A stretch of 63,731 nt of DNA, counting the filler, from Reticulomyxa filosa (Eukaryota; Protista; Foraminifera), in NCBI GenBank assembly GCA_000512085.1. It is 24 parts of 24 records of this genome, joined end to end, with 100 filler letters (N's around TTAATTAATTAA, not from the genome) between each part and the next. Parts side by side here need not be neighbours in the genome. Positions count along the whole stretch, not along the records: positions 32,443 to 35,151 come from ASPP01021846.1; positions 35,252 to 37,787 come from ASPP01040770.1; positions 37,888 to 46,377 come from ASPP01020855.1; positions 46,478 to 47,927 come from ASPP01008015.1; positions 48,028 to 50,274 come from ASPP01003500.1; 19 more parts are not named here. One strand, given 5' to 3'. A program made the position numbers and the translations under genes. Positions 33,946 to 48,075 of the stretch are shown in pieces (the first letter of the stretch is position 1; each line of letters begins with the position of its first letter). The notes below the pieces were generated by a model. That model did not search any database. It saw only the letters and a program-made list of their open reading frames with translations, and was not told the DNA's origin.

Positions 33946-36900
33946 AATGTTCCCTCTTAACCTGTCCCAAAAAAACTTTTTTACGCCTGGTCCAATTACT
34001 GGAAATACTTTAAATTGTGCTAAATATCGTCTGTCTATTGAAGATAATATTGTTCACTTGATTTGAATTGGCTTGAAAGCAAAAATAAATATTGTTCTTA
34101 TTACTAGTGATCATTAATAAAGAATTTTTGTTGATAAGACTCAGAAAATTCTTTTTTTCCCAAAAAAATTGTAACATTTCTGTGAAGATCACTTTTTTAA
34201 CAAGTGAAAATGAAGAAAATCAAGAAAAAGCGATACGAAGAAATCAAAAAACCAAGAAAACAAAAGAATACCTAAGGACCACACCAAACAACATAAAAAA
34301 ATACTTTTTTTTGATAATTGTAAAATTGCCTTTTTTTTTTTGTAGTCATGTACACCTAGCCAAGAGTGGTAAGGTTATACAAACAGGTGAACGAACGGCA
34401 AGAATAACACAACCACAAAAAAAAAAGGACAACAAAACCCAACAAGGTAGATACACATTAAAAAAAAAAATAGATAAAAAATAAAAAAATAAAAAATAAA
34501 AAGAATAACAAAAGACCAGTAAAAAAAATCGACCAATCAACAAACAAGAAAAACCTCAATTTGCATGACACTTCCCTTTGCTTGTGCACTCTCCTTCATT
34601 TCCTTTCGTTTTTGCTCTTTTGCTTGTGCACTCCTCACTCACTTCAAAACATAAAATTAGTATTTCCAACCATTCAACAATAACGACAACCAAAAAAAAA
34701 AAGAGAGAAATAATACTTTCTTTTCTTTGAGCTCTCCTTGATTATATCTTATTTCACCCTCATCGAACGTCTCTTTAGTATGTGGCAATCAAGTTCGTTC
34801 GGAGGACAAAAAAAAAAAAAAATCGAAAGTTTTTTTTTCTATAACTTTTAATACTGTTGAGCCATAATAAGATAACGAGGAAACAAATAAAGGAACAGAC
34901 AAACAAACAAACAATAATAACAAACAAAAAAATGACCAAACGAGAACACAACAACAAGCAAAATTAAATGGGTGTGATGGTGATCACATAGTGTTTTTTA
35001 AAAAAAAAAAGCAGACCAAGACAACAAGGTATTCAAACTTGAGAAAGAGAGGGATAAGGGAACCTGGTTTATGGAAAAAAAGTAAAAAAAAAAAAAAAAA
35101 AAACGACGATTCAAAAATGAAAACAAAAAAAAAAAAAAACGGGGGAACAAANNNNNNNNNNNNNNNNNNNNNNNNNNNNNNNNNNNNNNNNNNNNTTAAT
35201 TAATTAANNNNNNNNNNNNNNNNNNNNNNNNNNNNNNNNNNNNNNNNNNNNTTAACTTTAATCTTACTTGACGATAACTACAGTTTTTTACATCGCAAAA
35301 ATAATCCAATCACCAATCAAATTGAAATAATATTTTCCACCAAATCAACACTAAAGTCATATCAATTGTACCTTGGAAATGCTTTCATGAATCTTTGATG
35401 TGTCAATATCTGGAGTCACATACGCATTATCATAAACACATGTAAAAGAAGGTGGCCGATATTCGACTGAAATATGTGCATTGATGAATTGGAATGCACA
35501 GTGAAAGCAATGCGTGCCAATCTGAGTATTGTTGCATGATTGTAAACACATAACAATTAATTGTCAATTGTGTTTCTTTTCAATACATATCATCCATAAC
35601 CACTCAAAGTCTTCGTGAAACGGATTTATTGTGTCGATTTCCTTTATTCACATTATCTTTTGCCTCCCTCGATAAGTTCACAATTCTTGCACGATTTATT
35701 GTCAGTATATTTCTTGATATAATCCATATGTCACGATACCATTGGTCCGCAGTTTTGCTCCTTTCTTTTTCTTTTCTTCTTTACTTAATATAATCTTCAT
35801 CCTCTTCCTTTTTCTTTCATTACAAACTTACAATTAAATGATCCATGTTTCACATTATTTTAGTCAAAACATTTCACAACAACTGAAAATATGATAAAAA
35901 ATTACATATACCTTCAAATGAAGCTGCTGTCCTTCGTGCTTGGTTGATATTTGTTCTTTTACGTGCCTTTCTTGATTGTTCTGGTGTTGATGATATGCAT
36001 TTTCTGTTTTGAATTCGAGTAATGGCAGGATTTCATGCCACGAGGGAATTCTCCACAAAATATGCATTTGTTCATCAAAGCTCTGATACATTTCCCTTTC
36101 CTGGATTGCATGTATTATATTGATGGATTTGTGAACTTACACAAACAATCCACTTTTGAGCTGTGAACGATACAACTGCGCCGCATTCTGTACATGAATT
36201 GGCTCATATTGTCTTTGTTATTTTTGATGATGACTCGTGACACTAGTTCTATTTTGAGATTGGAAATATATTGAAATTGCTTATCGGATGCCAATTGGTC
36301 AACTTGTGGGAGTTGATTCCAAGATTGCTGAACATAATCACGTGTTAATAAGTATGTCCAATATTTGACTACTCAGCAACACAATTTGGAAAGGATGCAA
36401 CTCGAGAAGTTTTATTATCAAAGGAGCTCATGTGGGTCACAAATAGTGCAAATACCATCTGTCGCCGATGATAAAATATTAAATAATTTCAATTCACGAC
36501 TCAGACCTTGATTATTCATCCAAGACAGAGTCAGCGATGTGTACGTGTTAAATGCCAATTCTGCTTTGGACAAATGTTACTATCTTCACGGCTCACTTGA
36601 ATAATTTTTTTTATTTATTGTTTCAGTCGATATCCACAGGACTAACGCATCAACTAGGATAAGAAAGGTATTCACTCTGGTAAATACTTGTTCCGAACAT
36701 ACTTCAATTGATTGACCTTTTTTCTCCATTTGATTGCGAGATTGACCATATGGAACTTGACTTTGTATCATTTCAATATTGCATCTCGGAGGTAAGGTTC
36801 AATTTATAAGCATCTAAATGTCAATTTGTAGCATTTCATCGACTTGAAAGTAAAAAGCATTAACCTTATATAATACTTGTTTGACCTTGAACAGCCTGTC

Positions 36901-37986
36901 TAGACGAAACTCCTTAGATAATCGATAACCAATTTGAGGGTTTATGTCTGCACGCTATAAACAAATTTGCGGACGTAATGGAATTGAAGACTACTTTGAA
37001 TAACAATGTTGATGGCAATGATGGAATGGATATTGCACCAATCATGTCCAAAGGAAATGGAATAGGATCGAATTGCAAATGTACCAATGGAAGTTAGCAA
37101 TCATTGGATATCGACTCTTAAGATTGCTCTAAATATCATATCGCAATTGACGCATTTGCAATTGGATGCCAATGTGATCTCACAGCCACAAACCATCCAT
37201 TTGTGGAGGGAGGTTGGTTCAAAGAATGTTTGCTTGGAATGATTCCGCCACTTTGCAATGCGACCAACCCATGGCGCTGCTTGTGCAAGCCCCAACCAGC
37301 ATCCACAAGCCGTCCTTCCGCAGCGACGACGGCGTCACAAGTGAAAGCATTTTGCTGCTTATCTACGTCCGCGTATTCCAAGTTTTGCAAGCCACACATT
37401 TTCATGGCGAAACCTCAATACTGTCTTCCATTCAATCACTGCAAGGAAAGTGGTGTCACTTCCATCACGTGCAAAGCGTGGTCTTCCATTCACATGCCCA
37501 TTTGTACAGGGCATTGGGTAGCCAATACTCTTCTCTTTGTCTGTCTCTTGCCAATCTGTATTTGCGAAATGTCGACAATAGCCATGCTGCAGATAACAAT
37601 GACAATGACAATGACAATGGCAATAACAAGGATAATGCAAATACCAACGACGGTAACAATCATAACAACAATGATAAGGACAATGCAAGCGAGGAAAAAC
37701 ACGCAAATGTTGGATTTGATGCAAAACAAATGCGACATGTCACCTCTTTGCAACGATTTCATGCCAAAATTAAAGAGTTTGAAGTTGNNNNNNNNNNNNN
37801 NNNNNNNNNNNNNNNNNNNNNNNNNNNNNNNTTAATTAATTAANNNNNNNNNNNNNNNNNNNNNNNNNNNNNNNNNNNNNNNNNNNNTCCGTTAGTAATT
37901 ACGTTGATTTAAAATAGGGAACTTCCCTATCATTCTACTGTAAAATAGTATTACTTATCACAATATGTCAGATGTAATAATTTTTG

Positions 37987-39359
37987 CTAATTTGATTGCA
38001 GTGATTTTTCTAAAAAGCAGAATAAGAACAAGATATAATTTTGCAATAATACACATTTTAAATGGTTTAAGCAATTACTTTGCATTACGTTTAATTTTTT
38101 GAAATTTTTTGAGTTTGTTTTTTTTTTGACTTTGCATTTTTGATGGCAGTCTTTAGCAATTTCTTTTTTTGCAACAACGTTTGGAGGGTGTGAAAGATTT
38201 GAAGAATTGGATGTTTTTTTTTTCGCTTGAGATGAAGCAGGGGGAATTTTTTCTTGCGCTTGAGATGGAGAAGGAGAAGGAGGAATATTTTTGTGTGTTT
38301 TAGACGAAGAAGAAGGGATGAACCTATACAACTTAACCCCATTATCAACAGTGGGCGGATCTCGAACATGTGGATGAGTACGCACAGGAGCATACCCTTT
38401 GAATGTGTCAATGAGATCATTGTTTTCCACTCGAACAGTGCATGAAGGAAAGGGAGGAGGCATGTTCGCAAGCGTGTTAACCTTCCAACTGTTATAAAAC
38501 GCGTTATCCCTCAATCGGATATGAATTTCTCCGAGTTGTTTTTGTTTTGGCGTACTGACTTTGTTTGTAGAAATAGTGGTCGTTTGACGTAAAAGAGGCC
38601 AGCAATTGGTAATAAACTCGGATATCACAGCTTTGTTTTTTTCCACGTCTTCGCGATTGCTGCCTCCGCCAATGTGTGGAAAGTTAAATATGATATAATC
38701 AAATTCGCCACCAATCGTTTCTCGAATTTGTGCAAATTCGTCACTCCATTTCGTGGCATCGATGGAATGCAATATCAACACACCATTGGAACGATTCAAC
38801 AAGTTTATATTATCTTAATTCCATCAAACAAACAAACAAACAAAAGAGCTTTGGAATTATTATTTCCATTCGTAGACCCTCCTCGTTCAAAAGAGAAATC
38901 CCACGAACTTTCTGCAGAGGTGCCATACTTGCTGATGCACTCGGAGTAACTGTCATAAGAGGTGGCTATCATCAGTGGCATGGTGTGCAATTTGTTCAGC
39001 TCCGCTATTGTCAGGTTTACAGGCTTCGCATGCTTTATGCTCGCTTTGAGGTTTCCAACTTTTGGAATGCTGTTGAAATGCAAGTGACAGGCCAACGAAC
39101 TGGCAAATGAAAAATCTCCTTCTCCAATCAACAGTAAACGGTGGTTTTTTGTGTAATGGTTCATTTTGCTGGGGTTTGGGTTTACTTGACAGCCCAATAC
39201 GGAAGAGACCGCCAAAGAGTTATCTTCATGTTCTTCGTTTGACTGGAACATGCTTGGATTGATTACTACGAAAGAGCTTGAGAGGCCATTTAGTTTATGT
39301 TCTTTTTTTTTTTGTGCAAAAGATTTTTGTTTATTTCGGGCATTTCTACGTTTTCCCAT
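37987..39359 (-). CDS. BMT5: BMT5-like 25S rRNA (uridine-N3)-methyltransferase (DUF2431), intron 38814-38908
   Basis: LLLIGEGDFSFASSL, ATSYDS, SIDATK, FDYIIFNFPHIG. Splicing gives the in-frame sequence SAENNINLL. Confidence 0.85.
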
Positions 39360-39602
39360 ACCGTAATGTTTGAAGGTATCAGATTACAAGAACCCTTTTT
39401 GCTTGTTCCATCCTAGTCACTTACTCAAAAAACACAAACGTATTGTTGTCACATTTGAAGTTCCATTTTTTTTATAATTCAGATAGATACACCAATTTAA
39501 GAAAGTGTCTTTTTTTGATGTAGAATTACACTTAACATCCCAAAGAAGGGGAAGGAAGAAAAAAAAAAAATTAAAGGCAAACAAAATCATTATTGAATAA
39601 TA

Positions 39603-42283
39603 ATGACAGACCAAGATGGAACTATGAAAACAAAGTTGCTGGAATGTTTGCATACGTTATATAATACACAACCACGCAATGAGCAAGACCAGCAAGTTTT
39701 CTGATATTTTTTTTTTCCAAAAAACATTTGTTACATGACAATAACAAATTTTTATCCATCGCTCACACATGAAAACAGAAATTTCGGGAATGCAACAAAT
39801 TTTTGATAGAATTTCAAAAAAGTAATCAATCATGGAAGATATGTATGAACATAATGCAAGATAGTTCGTTGGTGCAATCGGTACTGAAGAACAATAAAAA
39901 ATTGGAAATAATATCATTTTCGTGCAATTGTATTTACGAAGGGATACTAAACGAATGGAAAAGTATAAGTCCGGAATCGCGCATGAAATTGGCGCAGTCA
40001 TTACACAACTTGGTATTTCAATTGTCAATGTATTGTTTCGAGCGCTACGTCCGAAATGAAATGAGGGAATTTGCATATGTTGTGAATAAGTTGGCAGGGA
40101 CAATAGCATTTTTGGCGCTCCAAGCCAATGAAGGAGTGTCACTGATGCAAACGATCATCCGCCACAGTATCGCGAATGAAGAGTGGCTGGAACAAAAAAA
40201 CTCCAATCCGACAGATACGACCACAAGCATGCAAAATGTAAAAGAGGCCAGTGAGTTATGGTGCAACCTGCAAGTGCTGAATGCGTTTGCGTTGGAGTTG
40301 AGACAACACCACGTCGATATTAAGATCATTCAAGACACGTCACAAAAAGTAGCTCAGGAGCATCGACCGACGCTATTAAAAATTTTGTCCGTTGGAATTA
40401 TTGCTGGTCGAAATACTGCTAATGTCAAGCTTGTACAAATTGCTTTGGAGTGTCTGGTGCAATGGAGAACAGTTTGGAGAAAGGAGTATACGTATATACA
40501 TATACATACACATATATATATATGCATATATGCATATATGCATATATGTATATATGTATACATGTATATATTGTCTCTTCCTTTTTTCCCATATATTTGT
40601 TCAGATTTTGCAATTGACATTCGTTCGATTGTCTGAATTCAACGTATTGAATGAATTGCTACTGTTGCTTAAGCCTTTGTTCGCATTGACTCCTCAAAGT
40701 TCGTCGGACGGAGGCGGGAGTAGAGACAGAGACAGCGAGAAACAGCGCAGTCGACAACACTTGGTGGAATTGTTATTGGAATGCTTGAAAATGAACGAGC
40801 CCAATGATTCTTTGCAAAAAAAATATCAACAAACTTTGCAAACGTTTTCCACCGCTTTGGGTGCGATGCAATCCATTTTGCAAGAGGCCATTCGTGCTCA
40901 GCAACATGAAATTATTCGGTCCATTGCACAATTGATTTGTGGATTTGCCGAAGCGGAGACCAAATTCATTGCAGAGGTGTGTCACTCAAACAAATAAAGT
41001 ACGTCGTCATTCCAAAAGCCACTCATTATACTTTTCAACGTATACATATATACGTATTGTATATACATATACATATATATATATATATATATAATGTATT
41101 TATAAAAATCCAGGGAGCTCCATCTTGTTTGAAAATTGTTCAAATGATATTGGATTGCACATCCTATCCCAAAACTGCAATCAGTGAAATGACGTTTGAT
41201 TTTTGGATGAGCTTGCAAGACATTGCAGTTGCCAATCGTCACGCCAATTTGCAACAGCCAGTGTATTCGCGATTATTGACGGTGTTGTTGGCATATCCAA
41301 TCGACCCTGAGGAATTGAGTGAGTACTCACGATATCGTCAAGTTAGTGCAGATTTGTTCGTATGTATATTTCAATTACTGCAAGAAGATTTTATGCTCTG
41401 CGTGTCCTCGCAAATGAAAGGTTACCTTTTGTTTCTCTGTTTTGTTTCCTTTTGGCGATATATTATTACAAACTCGTAGCGATGATAATGCTTGTATACT
41501 CGAGCAGAACTCTTCCAAAAGCTGTCAGAGCCAAAGACAATGACCTCAGAGATTTTGACTCAAATTGAGTCGTGTTACTTTGCATTGTCAATGATTGGAC
41601 AAGAAATATCGTTTACTATCGAGCAAAATGACAGTTATAAAGCATTAGTCGTCAAATACATCAAGCCCGTATGTCAATCAACGTTCAAGTCCAATCTTCA
41701 TCAGTGTTACGTACAAAATATAAATGTTTAATGTATGCTATCGAACAAGATTTTGTGTTTGCCAATAATCAAAATTGGTAAATAAATAAAAACACAATCT
41801 CAGTGCCAATGACCTCGCTAAGTGTTCATGTTTTGAAACAATTATGCGATTTCACTCGTTGCTATGCTTTTTATATTGTGCATGACATGGACTTGTTGAC
41901 CAGGTCAATGCAATACTTGGCATCACTCCCAAACAAGCAACCATTGGTCGTTTACCAATGCAGTCAAGCATTTGTGGTATTGGTGACGCAGGCCAAAGCG
42001 GTGTTAGAAAAGAATCCAACGCAATTTCTGAAAGTGGTTGATTTTGTACTTTCGAATATCAAAACGGGCGAAAAATTTTATTTTGAGTTACCTGTCGAGC
42101 ATTTGATGATTTTGAAAGATTTCATTGTTTGACGTGTATTTTGTTTGTTCTATTCTCATTGAGAGAAATAAAAAAAAAAAAGTAAATAAAATGTATAAAC
42201 ACAAAAGCTGGTCTGTGTTGTTTGTTCGTTGACAAATCGCAAAACCGTGACATATATACATATATACATATATACATATATAC

Positions 42284-42324
<41 letters not shown>

Positions 42325-43794
42325 GATGTCGGACACAAACGACGAAGAGCCCACTGCACTGGATGTAATAAACCATCAACAACGGGGTTGCAGTCAATAT
42401 TTACAGGCCTTGTGTATGATAATAGACAACTTTGATGCTTCGGAAAATGCTCAACTACAAAAAGAGTTGGCAATAAAGATCATATCGCCGTATTTAAAAA
42501 CAGTGAAAACGATGATTGGAACAATTGCGGACCCTACAAAGGTAAACGAGAAAATTGAGTTGTCGGCCAAAGACTTTTATCAACTGACATGGAATTATCA
42601 CATGATTTGTGGCGTCGTGAAGGGCATGGACAAGGTTCGTCCTGGACATCCCTTAATGGAATTTATTCCCGCCATTTTAAGTATTTGCGAAGATTCGTGT
42701 GCTCATTTGCCTCAATTTTTTAACAAAACCCGCAAAGATAAACGCGTTGCACAACGAAGGGCCGTCGTCGACTCAACGCTACCTACGTCACTCCAAGATA
42801 TTAGCATTGACATTTTATTTGATCGCGTGGTTGAAATCATGGAATGTCTCACCGATGTTTGGAAAGACAATTTGGGCAAATTGTTGGACCCTTTGGTCAA
42901 GCTGTCCTTGCAACTCTTGCATCAAACCAAGTCTCCCGCCTCTGCTCGAATCTTGCGAAAAATGATTGAAGTGTTTCATTCTAACAAAGTCTTGGGACCC
43001 AAATTCGTTACCGTTGTTATTGACACCATCAAACTTTTTGGCGATCCCAGCGTCGACATGAGAGAATGTACCGACACTGTAAGAGAGATTTTGCAATGTG
43101 CCGGTTTGTCTATGAGAAAATATCACAATTTAATCTTTTTTTTTTTTTTTTTTTTGCTTTAATAAACTGTTCCTACTCTTCTTGTTCTCAAAAAAAAAAA
43201 AAAAAAGGTACAATTCTTAGTAACCATTTTCGAAGTCCTGATGTATTCAACAAATTACTTCCGTTGACTGTACACTTTTGCGTTCGGATATTTAGTACCG
43301 TCGGAGAACGAGAATTATTGAAGGACTCTCTACAGTTGGTCGCAGATATTTTTGCTAAGAAAAATGTGCTGAGGAGAATTTTTACAGAATTACAAAAACA
43401 GGCCGCACCTACGCTTATTACTGTCTTATTCAAGGTATTGTACACTATTCATCTTTGTTTATTCGCTTGTCTATGCACTCTTCTCCTTGTTTATTTTTAA
43501 ATCCATTTGCTTGTGCATCAGGGAATCACGTCAAATTTTGAGCGAGAGGTTACCGATCAAGCGTGCACTGCATTGTTCAATATGATTCAATGGGAAGAAG
43601 AATATACCATTGGCGAAATAGAAAAATTGGTAAAACAGATAACTATACTGCAAGAGCCAGAACAAGTTATCGTAATGAAAGGTGTTCGTATGCAAAAACA
43701 CAATTGGAGAAAATTTGGTGGCTTAATGAAGGACCTTCGGGCAGTTTGCCAAAATTTAAATACAACTGATGCTTTAGGCAGCTGGTTGTCATGA
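39603..43794 (+). CDS. Importin-beta family protein (importin-13/transportin-SR-like), multi-exon
   Basis: MTDQDGTMKTKLLECLHTLY..., ALECLVQW, MILDCTSYPKTAISEMTFDFWMSLQD, IESCYFALSMI. All-helical HEAT-like exons separated by (TA)n-rich introns. Confidence 0.75.
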
Positions 43795-44069
43795 TTTTAT
43801 TTTTTGAAATGACAACCTTTCTTTTGCTTTTATTTTATGTTGCCATGACATTATGCGTTTGTTATCATTTTCGTTGCAGCGAACAAAGAGCAATATTCAC
43901 TAAATTCAAAATTTCTTTACTTTTCTGCTCTCGTGCACTGTCCAAGGTTAACATTTATTTTGTTGAATACCTGGAATCTCAAACAGACTAGTGTAAATCT
44001 GAAAAGCTTATTTCAGAAAGAAATATGATTAACAAAAGCAATTAATAAATTCTGATCACTAAACAATGA

Positions 44070-45240
44070 AAATTGACTCAACAAAAAATAATGGTTCATC
44101 CAAAAAAATTTTTAATTTGAATTATCTGCTGTTAATCTATTTTTGGAATCAAATGAAATAATATCAAAAAATTTAAACAATTATTTTTTTAAAAGTTGTT
44201 TTGTCAAAAATGTTGAAATATTCAAAAAATTGCAACTTTGGAATCTTTTTTATAAGTATGTATGAGTTGTGCGCTTATGTCTTATTGAAAAAAAAGGGGT
44301 TTTTTTCTTTTGGTTGTCTCTGTACCAGCTCGCAATTAGGGCGTTAAACGCTGTTCAACTAGTATGTCTTTTTTTTCTACTATATTTTTAATGAAAAAAA
44401 AAAAGTAGTGTTGCTTTTTGAACAGCAGCCCATTTCGAAAAATGGTTTTTTTATTAGGATGCTTTGCGTCCTTCAACAAAAGGGAAAAAAAAGTAAAGCG
44501 GAGTAAGTCCCCCGTCTCCGCAAGGAGAAAACAAAGTTTGTCATATATATTTTTATTATTTATTTATTTTTTGACATAATAAAATGTTTGTTTTCAATAA
44601 TAGATCATCAGCTTGTCTATTAAAAAAAAAAATTGTACATCTAATTCCATCCAAAAGAAAAACTTTGAGGTTGAAGCTACTACTTATTCAAAAAAATATC
44701 AAAGAGTTTGCATTTATTTTTATTATTATTTATTTTATCAAATGTTTGATTTTGTTTGTTAACAGGCATGCCCCCATAATAAAAAAAAATTGTTCCCCCC
44801 TTTATTTGACAAAGAAAAAATGTATATTATGATTGAAATTGGAGCTCTTAGATCAATATGCAAAGTATGTTTTATTTGTTTTTTTAAAATGAAAAAATTG
44901 TTTTACTTTATGATTTGTGTATCGTAGTCAATGCAAAGCTAGATGTAAAGTTTTTTATATTTTATTTTTATATTGGAAAATTTTGTTGAAAAATATAAAA
45001 AATTTAGTGAAAAAGTGATTGGAAAAAATAGTTGGTAAATAGTTGTAAAAAAAGATTTTGAAAAAAGGTTGGGAAAAAGTAGTTTTAGAAAAAAAGGTGA
45101 AAAATTTTATTTAAGAAAAATGAAAAAAATAAACAAAAGAATTCGAAAATAAGAATGAAAAATAAAAAATAATGATAAATAAAAATAAAAATAAATGTCA
45201 ATGTGAAAAAAGGAAAAAAATTAAAAAGAAGAAAAATTAA
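44070..45240 (+). repeat. Dispersed ~1.1-kb non-coding repeat, copy 2
   Basis: Colinear with 13480-14615; cassette at 44499-44528. Confidence 0.85.
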
Positions 45241-47700
45241 AAAAACTATATAGACAAGCAAGGAAACTAAACTGTTGTGGAAACTGACGTCAACTGATAG
45301 ACTTAGAACAATTGACTATACTGATTGATCAAATCGAAACTTAGTGTACGTGTGCGTATGTGCAAATTTGGAGTTTAAATCATGATTATGATAATATGTT
45401 GAACTGAAAGCTGCATTTATCATTGGTGCAGATATATAGAAAAGATTTTTGCATTTGTTGACCCCATTGGTAAACTCAAGTCACAATACTCTTAAATAGA
45501 ACATGAAGTGATTATCTTTGATATGTCGTCTCAAACTATTAGCTTACTGTCGATTTGTTGGACGCTATTTAATACTTTGTATCTGTTTCATTGCACTATC
45601 ACTTGAAGAAAAATGAAACAATAATCGCAAGAGCGATGAATTTGTAGTTGGAAGACATACGTTATATGATAGCATTGGTACATTTGTTACAAGATGATCC
45701 AGCTCAATCGCCAACAATCATGATCACAAACCATTACATCGATAGAATCGTTACATGTTGTAGATACTCAATTTGTGCGAAAATCAAGACACCAGCAAGC
45801 ATAAGATGAATAGTATGATAATGAATGAAATAAAGATTATTTTGATGCAATACTGAGTTGGATTTGGTTTTTTTTATACATACATATAAAAACTAGTCTT
45901 CATGCTTTGCTGAATTTCGTTATCAAATGGCTGTTCATGTTCATGAATGGAGACTTTGAGCGTTTCCAGACATGAACTACTTCATATCGAGCGTACCAAT
46001 TGAAGGTAATGGCTAATTTTATGAATTCAGAACAATATCAAAACGCAGATATTGACCAATAGTATCAAAACTGATTGTGCGCACGCATATGCGCAACTTT
46101 GGATTTTGGATATTATGTGCTAATGGGAGGCATCGTGTGCTCGTGACTTCATAAATCCATATCGGATATAAAATCAGTGGATGCCAATGAAAAGATTCGA
46201 TAAAAATTGGTCGTATATGCATTCAATTATGCGCTTTTCAGAAGTCCACGTTAATAGAACTGAATTTGATTTCTTTCCATCTGTTGAGAGTACCGTGCCA
46301 AAGATTACGATCTAGTGTTTTATCAATTAAATAAAAAGAAAAATGTAAATAAATAATATATGTATATACTGTTTATTNNNNNNNNNNNNNNNNNNNNNNN
46401 NNNNNNNNNNNNNNNNNNNNNTTAATTAATTAANNNNNNNNNNNNNNNNNNNNNNNNNNNNNNNNNNNNNNNNNNNNTTTTTTTTTATTTATCTTTTTTT
46501 TTTTTTTTTTGAAACTGTCCTTGTTCCATTTTTTTTTTTTGTATTGTTTTCACTGTGCTGTTGTGTGCATGTTTTTTTTCCCTTCTTTTTTTCTCTCCCT
46601 TTTTGTTGTTTTTTGGAATTGTTTTTTCTTGGATACTATGCGTTTGTAGAGGTGCAATTTGTCGCACGACTACAGCCCCTTCCCGTGAACCACACCCGTT
46701 CTCGAATTTTTGCGTTGTTCAGGCCCCATCTATGCGCTGGGCTTTGTATTTTCCTCTCTTTCTAACTTCTTCTTTTTCTTTTTGTGAACCATTTTTCAAT
46801 ATTAAAACAAGATTGCTGTATTGGTTTGTTCTTTCTTGGTTCTTGTTATTGACGTGTTACTTTTGTTGTTGTTGTTTTGTGCCATGGTTCAAATACCTCA
46901 TGGGAAAAAGTTTTGACAATGATAACAAAAAAAAAAAATGATATATTTTGCTTTTTTTGGTGATGAACCTGCACTTCCTTTCAAAAAAGGTATTTCGCTC
47001 TCCCTTTTTTGTTGCGTTTTGTTCCTTTTTTAATTATGTCTTTGCGTTTGAAGTTATCTGTGCTCATTCAGTTTTTCACTGGATCATGTTTGCGTTGTTG
47101 CCTTCTCCAAAGCAAAAACACAAAAGTCATTTTAATGACACTTAAGCACATGATATTAAAAAAATAATGTGGAAAGTCAATAACTTTGCAATTAAAGAAA
47201 TAAGATTTGTTGTGACAAAATACCTCTTTTATTTCTTTTTCAAATTCTAGTGAAAACAGTAACGTTAAATGAACCATATTGTGATCTATAAATATTAATT
47301 TTTTCATACTTTCATATTTTAAATTTTGCTTGGATCCATAAGATTTAAACTATTAGTACAAGAATTGCCATAGTGTATTTCAATAATTTGTCTAAATTCT
47401 TCGCGTGCTAGACACTATTGAAATGAAATGGATTAGTGAAAAAACACTCAAATATGATAAAGCGCAATTTCCATTGCAATATAAAATTATAAATGTTTTT
47501 TAAATCATCCAACAAAAAAATGTTGCTTTTCTTTGTTAGTCAGAAATAAAAGAAAGGGTAGTAGCGATTGTAAGACATATATTTAAATAGCTCGCATGAA
47601 TAAGTATGTAGGACATAAAAAAAAGTAAATATTTTAAGTCTGGGCTACGGTTTTTGGACAAAAAGGTTCATATATCCCAAACTCTTCATCATATTAAAAA

Positions 47701-47890
47701 ATGTCCAATAAATCTCGAAAGCGTTCTCTGGAAAAAAGCGTGGATGATGAAACTACTCCTGTTTCCAAGCGACCTCGTTTGTCTGAGATGAAGAACGGAA
47801 ATTCCAACGACAAATTGCGCCGCCACACTCTGACACAACAGCAACTTGTGAGAACAATAAAACAAAATACACCACCAACAATGACAATCA

Positions 47891-47927
<37 letters not shown>
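47701..47927 (+). CDS. N-terminus of an unidentified, probably nuclear protein, partial
   Basis: AAAAATG start; basic NLS-like KSRKRS and SKRPRL. Confidence 0.45.
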
Positions 47928-48075
47928 NNNNNNNNNNNNNNNNNNNNNNNNNNNNNNNNNNNNNNNNNNNNTTAATTAATTAANNNNNNNNNNNNNNNNN
48001 NNNNNNNNNNNNNNNNNNNNNNNNNNNTTTTTTTTTCAAAGTTTTTTTTTTTTTTTTTTTAAAAAATGAATGAAT

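Noticed and set aside
35252-37787. Cys-rich ORF 37203-37787 and neighbours as a functional gene
   Set aside because: The frames are fragmented and no domain is recognisable. The (GACAAT)n tract implies a D/N-rich frame different from the longest ORF. I cannot support a call.
40490-42325. (TA)n/(TATACA)n tracts as functional satellites
   Set aside because: They lie within introns and recur in many introns of this genome, so they are ordinary microsatellites.
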